Below, piece after piece: positions 1 to 9,613 of a DNA stretch of 59,470 bases. A model generated the notes under the pieces. The model did no database searches. It saw nothing but the letters and a program-made list of their open reading frames with translations, and was not told the DNA's origin. The position numbers and the translations under genes were made by a program. Within the stretch, counting starts at the first letter, position 1. Each line of letters starts with the position of its first letter. The stretch covers positions 1-59,470 of the forward strand of contig JAHJDG010000127.1 in the NCBI GenBank assembly GCA_018812265.1, written 5' to 3'. This DNA is from a bacterium. Lineage in GTDB: Bacteria > Electryoneota > RPQS01.

Positions 1-2980
1 CACCGCCGGAACCGCTGACGCGGACGCGTCCCACGTACACGCCGCTCTCGACTCCGCCCACGTCCCACATCACCTCGAACGGTTCGGGAATCGCCGACTG
101 ATGGCTTAGTCTGGCGATCAAGCGGCCCGCCAGGTCGAACACCTTGATCTCCGCGCGAGCGATGTAGCCCACGGTAATCCGAAAATGACTTATGTCGGAC
201 GTGGGGTTGGGCCAGCAGTACAGCCAATCGGCGCGCGTGGTCACGCGGGGATTGAACAAGGGAACATTAATGATCGCACGGGATTCCGTATAATGGAAGC
301 GACTGTCGCCGTGCGCGTCAAGCAAACGGATCGGCGAAAAATACAAATCATCTCCCACGGATGTGAGTCGCATTACGTACAAACTGCGGTCGTTCGTCCA
401 TTCGAACGGAGTATGACTCGATTCCACGCCGGAAACCGCCCATGGGAATCCCCTGAACGCGCCTCCGTTGTGCGATACGGCAATGACTCGCGTATATAGC
501 GAGGATTCACTCGTTGAATCGAAAACGGGAGCGTCCAGACCCATAATATCCGGATCTCCACTGGCATTTAGATCCAGCGTCCACGTCAGTGGAGCGCCAA
601 TCCTCGGCGCATCTTCGCGCTCTACGGCGTTGCGGCCCAACCAGCCTCCCCCGTCGGGTATCCCGTTGCCGTCCCAATCTATACCGGGCGGACCGCAACT
701 CGGATGCTCGCAGAGGGACGTTCCCGTCGCGGCATTGACATATCCCATTCCATCGAAGAACACGGCGGTTGTATCCGGTCGGACGACAACGAGTATCGAG
801 TGCGACAGTCGCTCGTCCGCGATGGACCAGAGCGAGTCCATCGTTGTATCGCCTACCGAATAGCATACGGCCAGACCGTCCGTCACGAAGACAAACCGAT
901 GAGCCGGAAAGCTCTCCAGATTGAAGACCGCAACACTGTCATCAGCAAGGAAAGGCAGATCACGTTCGCTCAACCGGACCAATTCCGCGTCGTATAAAGT
1001 CGCAACATAGTTTGAGCGGGTTCGCCAGACCAATAGTCCGCGGCCATCGGCGCTATCGGATTGCGCCGGAAATGCCCGCGACGACCATTCGGAAGTGATC
1101 TCCCACCGCACGCGGGGATCGGTTCCCGACCAGTCCACCAAGCCGATGTATGCTCCTTCCAGGAGGATCTCGTCGCGACCGTCTCCGTCAACATCCACCG
1201 GATCGGTTGAAGAGAGACCGACTCCAGCGGGGAGCGAAGCCACAACGGATAGCACACCCTGATGAGAAATCTGATACAGTGAATCGCGGAGAATGAAGTA
1301 GATCTCGCGGAGGCTGTCGCCGTCGAGGTCTGCCACCGTCCATTCTGAAAGATCGGGTACTTGCACCGGAAAGCCGTCGGCCACACCTTCCATCCGGCAG
1401 ACAAAACTCATGACGCTGTCCACCGCCGAGAAATTGGAGAGACGCAATCGCGTGTACGACCCGTCATAAATACGGGCGGCGGGGAAGGAGTAATCCGCAA
1501 ACAACTCGTAATTCGCGCCACGGTTGGCGGCACGGTGTTGCGAATTATTCAAGTACCATGCGTCTTCCTGAATGCCGAGTTCGGTTCCGGACCCCGCCGA
1601 CGCGAAGCCGTACTCGCGTCCGATGTCCTGTGCGCCATCCGCCTCGACAAGATCCACTCCTCGATGATCGGGGTCGGCATTGACGGTGTTGTCATCGAGT
1701 CCCCGCACGATGACGTCCTCATCAATGTGCCAGATGAGAAGTCCACTGCCGGGAATTCCGAAATCATAGTGACTCGCTCCCACGGCAACTCCGAATCCCG
1801 GTTGATACTCAATGCGGCGGTCCCGCGACAGCAGGAATCCTTCCCGTGCCTGCGTACGTTCCTCGTAGTAGACATGCATCACATGCAGGCTGTCGCGATC
1901 CCACAGCGTAACACACTTGACGGAATCCGCGTCGGCATCGCGATTCTCGATTACGTAGTACTCACGAGCTGTGACGGGAATCTTCACGATTTGAGCAACA
2001 TCTCCCCCCCGGCCGAAGCGAGCCACATGAAGCGTATCGCCACGTCCCGACGGAAGATGAACCGCAGCCGCTTGCCATTCCATGTACACACGAGACCAGG
2101 CCGTAGGAAGCGACGGGACCAACGCCGACATATTACCCGATCCCTGATCCATCATTCCCCATCGCCCGACTCCGCTGTGTCCGGTTCGCGTGTCAAACAA
2201 ATCGGGCAGACCGAGCCAGTTGCCAAACAGCTTCACCATAATGCCATTAAGCGAGAGTTCCACGTCATAATCAAGCGCTTCCCGCTGGTTTTCCCCCTCC
2301 GGAAGAATCAGCCCCCGCTCGACTCCGCCTGGAATCTGAATGCTGCCCGAATAGCTCTGGACATCCCGCGCTGAGATGTAGGCCGAGGGAATGTCGAACG
2401 GCGTAGGGTCATAACCAAGATTGAAGTCCTTGCCGACTCCCGCATGAAATACCAGAATGGCGTTGTAGCGAGTGAAATCCAATTCGGGATCTTCCGATGC
2501 TTTGGCGCATGACTCTATGAACAGTTCGACCAGCCGGCGGTTAAGCAGCTCCGCATCCGAGTTGTAGTTGTAATGCCACATCGGATAATCGAGCCGGTAG
2601 GCGGAGCCTTCAATTAGCGGGAATACATCCATCATCGTCGTATCGAAGACGACTCCGCCCCGCGAAACCGTCTCGTAGTAGTGTCGGAGGAAGCGCAGAT
2701 GATCGCGAAAGTATTCGCGGTCGTGCGGAAGCGGATCAATTACGAGAGAGGAATCGAATCCCGTGCCTATGCGGCCCGTGCCCGTCGTGCCTTCAATACT
2801 ATCTTCCTGGAACTCCACGAGAATGGCACAGACGCGAATCGGATCGCCGACCGGCCATCGCTCGGAGAGTGAACACGTTCGCCCACTCTGCAACGCCACC
2901 GCGCCCACGGACGCGGCGAGCGCCGGAAGAGCAAACGTAACGGCAAGTAAGCCGGCGAGTAGAGTTCCTCGGATCGTCAC
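1..2980 (-). CDS. Exported M6 (immune inhibitor A)-like pseudo-metalloprotease with FG-GAP-like repeats and a T9SS-type C-terminal domain; 3' end runs off the window; absent from the ORF track
   Basis: Manual translation from GTG at 2980 stays open to position 2 (~993 codons). Signal peptide MTIRGTLLAGLLAVTFALPALAA. M6-like motifs VFHAGVGKD, LGLPDLFDT, GRWGMMDQGSG, YYVIENR, GLLIWHIDE, DLVEADG. DxDGD repeats DLDGDSLREI and DVDGDGRDEIL. CTD: WPNP...IKVFDLAGRLIA...WDVGGVESGVYVGRV. Confidence 0.85.
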   Translation of the reverse strand, partial: MTIRGTLLAGLLAVTFALPALAASVGAVALQSGRTCSLSERWPVGDPIRVCAILVEFQEDSIEGTTGTGRIGTGFDSSLVIDPLPHDREYFRDHLRFLRHYYETVSRGGVVFDTTMMDVFPLIEGSAYRLDYPMWHYNYNSDAELLNRRLVELFIESCAKASEDPELDFTRYNAILVFHAGVGKDFNLGYDPTPFDIPSAYISARDVQSYSGSIQIPGGVERGLILPEGENQREALDYDVELSLNGIMVKLFGNWLGLPDLFDTRTGHSGVGRWGMMDQGSGNMSALVPSLPTAWSRVYMEWQAAAVHLPSGRGDTLHVARFGRGGDVAQIVKIPVTAREYYVIENRDADADSVKCVTLWDRDSLHVMHVYYEERTQAREGFLLSRDRRIEYQPGFGVAVGASHYDFGIPGSGLLIWHIDEDVIVRGLDDNTVNADPDHRGVDLVEADGAQDIGREYGFASAGSGTELGIQEDAWYLNNSQHRAANRGANYELFADYSFPAARIYDGSYTRLRLSNFSAVDSVMSFVCRMEGVADGFPVQVPDLSEWTVADLDGDSLREIYFILRDSLYQISHQGVLSVVASLPAGVGLSSTDPVDVDGDGRDEILLEGAYIGLVDWSGTDPRVRWEITSEWSSRAFPAQSDSADGRGLLVWRTRSNYVATLYDAELVRLSERDLPFLADDSVAVFNLESFPAHRFVFVTDGLAVCYSVGDTTMDSLWSIADERLSHSILVVVRPDTTAVFFDGMGYVNAATGTSLCEHPSCGPPGIDWDGNGIPDGGGWLGRNAVEREDAPRIGAPLTWTLDLNASGDPDIMGLDAPVFDSTSESSLYTRVIAVSHNGGAFRGFPWAVSGVESSHTPFEWTNDRSLYVMRLTSVGDDLYFSPIRLLDAHGDSRFHYTESRAIINVPLFNPRVTTRADWLYCWPNPTSDISHFRITVGYIARAEIKVFDLAGRLIARLSHQSAIPEPFEVMWDVGGVESGVYVGRVRVSGSGG

Positions 2981-2987
2981 CGGCCGC

Positions 2988-4034
2988 CTACAGATCCACC
3001 GACAAAGAATACCGCATCGTGTCGGTCAACGGGTGATTGGTTCCGGCCGTCAGATAGCTGAAATCGAAACGGTAGCTGCTGTACCGGAGCGAAACCCCAA
3101 AGGTATAGGGGAAGACCTTTCCGAGATCATCATTCCAGTATCCGGCGCGCAAACCCACGAGGGTCGAGTACCAATACTCGACTCCGACGTTCCAGATCAG
3201 CGACTTGACGAGGTCGCCGTCGCTCCAGGCCGTGAAGAGCGCTTCATAGAATTCATCGGAACGCCCTTTGTCGTCGCGTTTCACGAGCTCCTTGTTCACG
3301 TCGGAGGCGATAGTGAGCTGGTTGTATTCCTGATCAATGATCTTGTAGGCAAATCCCATCTTGAGATTGGTAGGCAACGGATCGGCCTGCGCCCGGTCAA
3401 TGTAGGCGACTTTCGGCCCCATGTTGGACAGGTTCGCACCCAGTGACAATCCCCTTAGGAAGGCTGCCCGATGGAGGATCCCGACGTCGGCGGCAATTGC
3501 CGTAGCCGTTCCGCTTCCCTTTTCCTCACCGGCTCCTTGATCCGATAAGTGGCTGTAGGCAAGTTTGAGTCCGACACCCATTGCAAGATGCGGATTGATT
3601 TCCGCGCCATAGGTTCCGGTCAGGGCGATTTCATAGGATGAGAAGGTGCCTTCATTGCGACCTTGTTCATCGGTGCGCTGCGTCTCGCCTAAATTGAGGA
3701 AGATGAGGTTGCCGCCGAAGGTTCCCCATTCGGGGACTTCATGCGTCGCGCTCATGTAGGCATAGTACAGATCGGACAGATTGAACTGCGGGAGCCAGCG
3801 GACGTACATCATAGTGAACTCCTGTCCATGCTGAAATCCCAAGCCAGCAGGATTCCACCAGGTTGCGCTGGCGTCGTCGGAAATGGCGACAAACGCCTCT
3901 CCCATTCCGGCCGGTCGCGCCCCGGGTGCGATTTTCAAGAACAGAAGCGTCGCCTGGCTGACGCTGGCAGCCTGCACAACGGCAGTGCACAGCAAGGCTC
4001 CCAGAATCAGCAGGCCTGTCACCGCTCGCTTCAT
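2988..4034 (-). CDS. porV: PorV/PorQ-family outer-membrane beta-barrel (T9SS shuttle-like)
   Basis: LFLKIAPGARPAGMGEAFVAISDDASATWWNPAGL N-terminal motif; signal peptide; GGAGG RBS before ATG at 4034 (the ORF track starts 10 codons early). Confidence 0.85.
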   Translation of the reverse strand: MKRAVTGLLILGALLCTAVVQAASVSQATLLFLKIAPGARPAGMGEAFVAISDDASATWWNPAGLGFQHGQEFTMMYVRWLPQFNLSDLYYAYMSATHEVPEWGTFGGNLIFLNLGETQRTDEQGRNEGTFSSYEIALTGTYGAEINPHLAMGVGLKLAYSHLSDQGAGEEKGSGTATAIAADVGILHRAAFLRGLSLGANLSNMGPKVAYIDRAQADPLPTNLKMGFAYKIIDQEYNQLTIASDVNKELVKRDDKGRSDEFYEALFTAWSDGDLVKSLIWNVGVEYWYSTLVGLRAGYWNDDLGKVFPYTFGVSLRYSSYRFDFSYLTAGTNHPLTDTMRYSLSVDL

Positions 4035-4070
4035 AGGTCCTCCAGTAGATGTATGTTCATTCACGAAAGT

Positions 4071-7000
4071 TCAGCGCAGAATCACGAGCTTGCCGGTACT
4101 CTCGGCGGAATAGCCACCCGCATGCTCCGCTTTGATCTTGTAGAAATAAACGCCGTTGGCGAGGAGATGCCCCTCGCGATCGCGGCCGTCCCACGGGCGA
4201 TCGGAATTGCTGTTGAAAGCGGGACCGGCCGTCCCCAGTCCGTCCATCTCATAGACCAGTTTTCCCGAGAGCGTGAAGAGGCGCAGACGCACGCGGCGTG
4301 TATTTTCCTGTGTCAGATAGTACGTGAAATAGGTGACGTCATTCATCGGATTCGGCCAGTTGTAGACGTCACGGATGGCATATCCGGCCTCACCGGCCGC
4401 TCCCACGGTGAAGGTGAGCGTGGTTTGGTTCAGGTTGTTGAACGAGTCCCAGGCTTCGACGGTCAGGCGATGTTCACCTTCGGCGAGCGGGCCAATTATT
4501 TTATCGAGGCTTCCCGACCTGTGGCTGTCGAGTTCGTAGTTGAAGAACGGCGTCAGGTCCTCGGTTTGCGCATCGTCAATCCGAACCGTGATCTTGTGCC
4601 CGACTTCGCCTGAAAGATTGACGCCCGAGGCATCCGTAATGGCAACATGAAGTTTGGGCGTCGCGCTGACCAAGTCTCCCGGGCGGAAGGAAGCCGTCTC
4701 CAGCCACACGCGGATCTCAGGGGCAATCGTGTCGGTTTCCGACGAGGCTTGAGCGGCAATCGGAATATGCTCGCGGATACCGATGCCATCGGCCGAGTCG
4801 GATTCGCTGTCGGCCTTGCCGAAAAAGTAGAGACTGATCTTGGCGTTATTTCCACCATAGCGAACATCGCGGGGAACCCGGAAGGTCACTGAGTCAAATC
4901 TGCCATTTTGAACCGTCGCCCGACCACGGAAGATGGCGTTGCCGGGAAGCCCGACGTAGTATGGTGGAAGATTGGTGTTGTCGCACCAGTAGTAGGCAAG
5001 TGAGTCCTCGGTATCGAATACTCGGACTTCCACCACGCCCTGGAAATCCGACCATACGGGTCCGCCGGAGGATCGGGACACCTCCCCACTTAAGGTAAAC
5101 AAGGACAAAGCGCGCAGAGAATCGTCGGCGACGGTGACCTGGGCGAAGTACTCGGGGGTAGCAAGCCGGAGCACCGGATCGCCAAATAAATGGTAGAGAT
5201 TCACATTGCTTACGCGGGTTGCCTTTCCGACCAGCAGGGCATGGCCGAAGCTCTGGCGCGAGGCCAGACCTTGGCGGAACAGCTCGCTGTAGAAGGCAAT
5301 GGTAAACGTATTGTTGGGTGCGATGTACGTGAATCGCGTTGCCGCGACACAGGCCACCGCGCCGTCTCGGGGATCGGCCAGCAGCTCTTCCGGAAAGCAG
5401 CGGACGAGCGGTTTGTCGAAAGCGCCCCACGAGCAGGTTGCGGCCAAGAACAACGGCCACATCCGATAGTTGTTGAGCAGATTGCGGTCACGTTCCATGA
5501 CAAACAGCTGTTCATCGGACCAAATCCGCTCGTTACCATGACCCGCGTAGTTAATGATCAGAGTCCCGCGGTTGATAGCTTCAATCAGATCCCGCGTCGC
5601 GTCCGGTTTGACCGGACCGACGGGCGTATGCTTCATCGGATAGAATATCTCATATAGTTTGTTGAATGTGAAGTACTCAGGCAGCACGTCGTTAATGAGA
5701 TTTTCAGCCTGTTGCGTGTGCTGAGTCTCGCTGCCGGACGTCCAGCAGGTGACTTTATTCTCATCATCAGCGGCAAAACTCGCCGTATTCTTCCACGGAC
5801 CGTAGAGCGGGTGGGTGGCATAGGCGATGGTCTTCGAGACTGCGGTTTCGACCTCTGCCCGGCTCTGGGAAGGCCAGCGTCCCGCCAACAGCCACGGCAA
5901 TTGAGAACTGTTGCTGAACAGAGTGAAGAAGTCGTCGGTGCTGTTCGAGTTCGATTCCCACGGCGGCATCCAGTTGGCGTCAGCACTGGACTCGATGTTT
6001 CGGTAGTCATAGTCGCCGTCCCCCACGAACAACACGTATTTCACGGTGTCGGTTCCGTCCGAGCCGTGCCAATTGAAATAGGCGTACTTCAGGAAATTGC
6101 GGATCGCCACCGGATCGCGGACGCCCCAGCCGAACTCATCGAAGACGTCGCCCAGACGAACACGGACGGCGGACAGAGGCTCCTCACGATAGGATTCATG
6201 GAACTGCTTTAGGGAATCAAGAGCATCGTACCACTCGTCGTAGGTAAGCAGAATGATGCCGGCCCCGTTCAGCGGATCGCGCAGTTGGGAATAATCCAAG
6301 TCCGGCAGAGTTTTCGCTCCCCGAAAGACGGGATTGCGAATGCGATCCGGATTCGACGCGAAGTAACGACGCGGTACACTCATATAGGAAGAATCAACCA
6401 GAGTACTTCCAATGGCGCGGCGAGGTTGAAGGGGATTGCTGACATCGAGAATGAGAGCATTTTCGTTCAAGCCGCTGATCACATAGCGGAATTGTCCGGT
6501 CAGAGTTCGCGGCGCGAAGAATTCCAGCATGCCGTTATTGGCCGTCAGATCCCGGTCGAACTCGATCTCGACATAGTTGACGTAGACGGTGGCGGCGCTG
6601 GAAGGAAGGGTCAGATTCTGCATCCGGACGATATTGGCTCCGGGCTGCAGAACTCCGGCAGGGATCGGAACGCTATAGGGCGCGGTCGTATAGTGAGCGC
6701 TGTCCACCAGAGTGCTGCCGACATAGACGTTGAAGTTCTGGCCGACGTATTCCCGTGAATCGAAATCGAGACGGAGGGTGCCGGCAGTGCCAAGGGCGCC
6801 CGGCAGATTCAGGGAAAAGGTCCGTTCCTGCTGCGCGCCAAACGACGCCATGAACCAAATGAGACCGGATTCCCGGTAATCACCCGGCGCCCGGATAAAG
6901 ATATCCTGATCAACGTATTCGCGTACCCGGGTTCGATTGATTGGCGTGCCGCCGCCGGCCGCGGTGATCGGCGGCATTCGGAGGCCGTCGGAACCCATCG

Positions 7001-7976
7001 GATCCACGCCGACGAAATAGACGTTCTCGGTGGAGAACGGACTATGATGTGCCAGCGCGTTCAGGTACGTTTCATCACAGTAGTCCGCGCCCTTCAGTCC
7101 GCGTCCGAAAAAGAGAATGCGGTCTTCGGCGTCGAATACGCCGTCGCCGTCCACGTCTTCCATATGGATCGCGTTTTCCTTCAATTCCTCATCCACGGGA
7201 GTATCGGGCGACGTCGGAAGCAACCGGCCGCCGTTACCAAAAAGCTTGATCTTCGCCGCCGGCTGACCCACCAGACCCGCACCCGCCAAGGAAGAACCGG
7301 TAACCTGATAGATACCCGTCTCCGTCACCGCCAGACGATAGAGGGCGAAAGTAGGCCAGGAGAAGTAATCATCAAACGCTGTTTGGCGCGGATACGGCTG
7401 CCACCACGTCGAGGCAGTCAAGCCGTTCACGGCAATCGCCGACAGAATATCCCCTTCGCGTCCCACCGGCGCGGTTGACGTCGGCGTGCCCTCAAAGAGT
7501 ACGGACAGATCGGCGGACTCGAGAATCTGTGAGCGGCGAGCGTCACCAATCTGCAGAAAAACCACCACTTGGGCAAGGCGGAAGCCCTTCCACTCCTCAG
7601 TACGCTCAAGTATCGCCCAGGAGTGTCCTACCTGTTTCGCCGCATCCCCGACCAGAACGGGAGTACCCGGCAGACCGCCGTCGGTATTCCTTGTTCGAAC
7701 CGCGCCAATACGGAGATGCGGAGTGGTTCCGGGAGGCACCACGACGTAGAATGCCCGAACCGGCTGAACGAACTTCTCGGCAATCCAATAGTCCGCGTCG
7801 TCCCATCCGGTCAGGATACCGTACGGATTGACCGTATCGGGAACCTGAAATGCCGGATCGCCCGGAGCATACGTCCAAGTGCACTCACGGCTATCGGAGC
7901 GGGCAACGTGCACACCCGCGAACGTCCAAGATGTCAGAAAGACCCCCGCCAGAGTGATGGCTATTATAACTCTCAT
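4071..7976 (-). CDS. porU: PorU-like C25 (gingipain-family) T9SS sortase with FlgD-Ig-type CTD
   Basis: 1301 aa; signal peptide; FDEFGWG-RDPVAIRNFLKY and LFVGDGDYDYR; catalytic dyad NYAGHG and AATCSWG intact; C-terminus YNWPNP...WDGRDREGHLLANGVYFYKIKA; directly upstream of porV. Confidence 0.85.
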   Translation of the reverse strand: MRVIIAITLAGVFLTSWTFAGVHVARSDSRECTWTYAPGDPAFQVPDTVNPYGILTGWDDADYWIAEKFVQPVRAFYVVVPPGTTPHLRIGAVRTRNTDGGLPGTPVLVGDAAKQVGHSWAILERTEEWKGFRLAQVVVFLQIGDARRSQILESADLSVLFEGTPTSTAPVGREGDILSAIAVNGLTASTWWQPYPRQTAFDDYFSWPTFALYRLAVTETGIYQVTGSSLAGAGLVGQPAAKIKLFGNGGRLLPTSPDTPVDEELKENAIHMEDVDGDGVFDAEDRILFFGRGLKGADYCDETYLNALAHHSPFSTENVYFVGVDPMGSDGLRMPPITAAGGGTPINRTRVREYVDQDIFIRAPGDYRESGLIWFMASFGAQQERTFSLNLPGALGTAGTLRLDFDSREYVGQNFNVYVGSTLVDSAHYTTAPYSVPIPAGVLQPGANIVRMQNLTLPSSAATVYVNYVEIEFDRDLTANNGMLEFFAPRTLTGQFRYVISGLNENALILDVSNPLQPRRAIGSTLVDSSYMSVPRRYFASNPDRIRNPVFRGAKTLPDLDYSQLRDPLNGAGIILLTYDEWYDALDSLKQFHESYREEPLSAVRVRLGDVFDEFGWGVRDPVAIRNFLKYAYFNWHGSDGTDTVKYVLFVGDGDYDYRNIESSADANWMPPWESNSNSTDDFFTLFSNSSQLPWLLAGRWPSQSRAEVETAVSKTIAYATHPLYGPWKNTASFAADDENKVTCWTSGSETQHTQQAENLINDVLPEYFTFNKLYEIFYPMKHTPVGPVKPDATRDLIEAINRGTLIINYAGHGNERIWSDEQLFVMERDRNLLNNYRMWPLFLAATCSWGAFDKPLVRCFPEELLADPRDGAVACVAATRFTYIAPNNTFTIAFYSELFRQGLASRQSFGHALLVGKATRVSNVNLYHLFGDPVLRLATPEYFAQVTVADDSLRALSLFTLSGEVSRSSGGPVWSDFQGVVEVRVFDTEDSLAYYWCDNTNLPPYYVGLPGNAIFRGRATVQNGRFDSVTFRVPRDVRYGGNNAKISLYFFGKADSESDSADGIGIREHIPIAAQASSETDTIAPEIRVWLETASFRPGDLVSATPKLHVAITDASGVNLSGEVGHKITVRIDDAQTEDLTPFFNYELDSHRSGSLDKIIGPLAEGEHRLTVEAWDSFNNLNQTTLTFTVGAAGEAGYAIRDVYNWPNPMNDVTYFTYYLTQENTRRVRLRLFTLSGKLVYEMDGLGTAGPAFNSNSDRPWDGRDREGHLLANGVYFYKIKAEHAGGYSAESTGKLVILR

Positions 7977-8200
7977 GGGACATTCCCCTCAGAATGGACG
8001 ATATCCATGAGAAACGACCGAGCACACCCAGCGGGTGTACCCGGTCGGAAAACACTGCTCGAAAACCTTGAGTCATGCCCGGAGGCAAGAGGAATAGTCA
8101 ACAAAAGGGATCCTAAATCACCAAGCTGTCGGACTCTAAATCCTCTATCGAACGGGCATGCGTCTCCTGCGCTGTAAACCGATAGCGACCTTAACAACCT

Positions 8201-8229
8201 AATTTAACAATTCTTGGAACGGTTGTCAA
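8201..8229 (-). promoter_or_regulatory. Sigma70-type promoter for the porU operon
   Basis: TTGACA (8229-8224), 17-nt spacer ending TGn, TAAATT (8206-8201). Confidence 0.7.
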
Positions 8230-8292
8230 GCTCTCATGGTTCCGTAGGCGCGAGGCACATTCCTGTCGCCACGAACGATAAAGTATTGATTT

Positions 8293-9516
8293 TCAGCCAA
8301 ATAGGGTATTGATGTGGACAGGGTCAGATGCATTTCTAAGTACCAAGTACTCCTCCGAAGTCGGAGCCTCATCCTCGTTGGCCTGACCTTCAGCCGGGAA
8401 ATCGCCGCGGTTTTCCAATGACAGGATGAACGCCCCGACACACAACGGACAGAATTGGGTGCCTGACCCCGAGCGGAGTTCCTGCGCCGCCTCAGACGTG
8501 CTCATGGCCTTCCGGTATGCACGATGCGAACGCATGGCATCGAAAGCGTCTGCCACGGCAAGAATTCGGCCTTCCAGACTGATTTGGGTGCCCCGTAGGC
8601 CGTTGGGATAGCCACTGCCGTTGAAGCGCTCGTGGTGTTCGCGGACGATCCGCCGAATCTGAGTCAGAAACGGCAGTGATTTGAGGATATTATCGGTCAG
8701 AAAAATGTGGGATGCCATGATCCGGTGTTCATCAGGCAACAACGGACCGGGTTTGTTCAGGATCTGATCCGGCACGCCGATCTTGCCGAGGTCATGGAGG
8801 ACGCTGGCAAATCTCAGATCATGACGAGCCTCGTCGGAGAGACCCAGCACGTCGGCCATCAGAGAACAATAATAGAAGACCCGATCGCTGTGGCCTTTGG
8901 TGTAGGGATCTTTGGCCTCAACCGCCGCCGTCAGGGAGGTTACCATGTCCAAGTAGGCATTCTGTAATTCGGCCGACAGCGTTTCGATGCAGGCCTTTTG
9001 CTTCTCGACGGTCAGTTCCTCGCTGCGGATGCGGTCCCGGGCAGCCTGCAGCGAACGTTCCATCTCGGTGGCGGCAAGCTTCAGGCGGCGATTGTAGTCG
9101 AGAACGTCCTTGCGCAGATGGTCATGTTCGCAGAGCGATTCATAGTGCTCCAGCGCGCGGCGAATCGTAGAGACCAATGCCGCCAGATCCAGAGGTTTCG
9201 TGACAAACTTATATACGTTCCCTCGATTGATCGCTTCAACGGCCACGTTCAAGTCGGGGAGACCGGTCATGAGAATGGACACGATGCGTCGTCCGGAGCC
9301 CTGCATCTCCGCCAGCAGATCCACACCGCAACCGTCGGGCAGGTTGTGATCCGACAACACGACTCGGAAGGAGTGAACGGTCAATTCGGCCCGTGCCGCG
9401 GCAACCGTTTCTGCCGTCCGCAACGTGAAGCCTTCATCGGCCAACGTCTCGCGGAGAAGCTGCAGAACCGATGGATCGTCCTCGATGATTAGCAGATCGT
9501 GATCGTTATTGTCCAT
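8293..9516 (-). CDS. Response regulator receiver + coiled coil + HD-GYP cyclic dinucleotide phosphodiesterase
   Basis: REC domain (LLIIEDD, SDHNLPD, FVTKP); HDLGKIG and HHERFNGSGYP motifs; start placed at MDNND (9516). Confidence 0.9.
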   Translation of the reverse strand: MDNNDHDLLIIEDDPSVLQLLRETLADEGFTLRTAETVAAARAELTVHSFRVVLSDHNLPDGCGVDLLAEMQGSGRRIVSILMTGLPDLNVAVEAINRGNVYKFVTKPLDLAALVSTIRRALEHYESLCEHDHLRKDVLDYNRRLKLAATEMERSLQAARDRIRSEELTVEKQKACIETLSAELQNAYLDMVTSLTAAVEAKDPYTKGHSDRVFYYCSLMADVLGLSDEARHDLRFASVLHDLGKIGVPDQILNKPGPLLPDEHRIMASHIFLTDNILKSLPFLTQIRRIVREHHERFNGSGYPNGLRGTQISLEGRILAVADAFDAMRSHRAYRKAMSTSEAAQELRSGSGTQFCPLCVGAFILSLENRGDFPAEGQANEDEAPTSEEYLVLRNASDPVHINTLFG

Positions 9517-9613
9517 GCGCCCTTGACAAGCGGATACGCCGTCGTGAAGTCTGAACCGCGTAGAATCAACCGCTATAAGTGCGGCAAATACGGGGCCATG
9601 ATCCGTTGCGGGT

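Noticed and set aside
7977-8200. c-di-GMP or other known riboswitch in the porU leader
   Set aside because: No GEMM-type GGCAAA/GAAA-tetraloop pattern or other aptamer core recognised; kept only as an unknown structured leader
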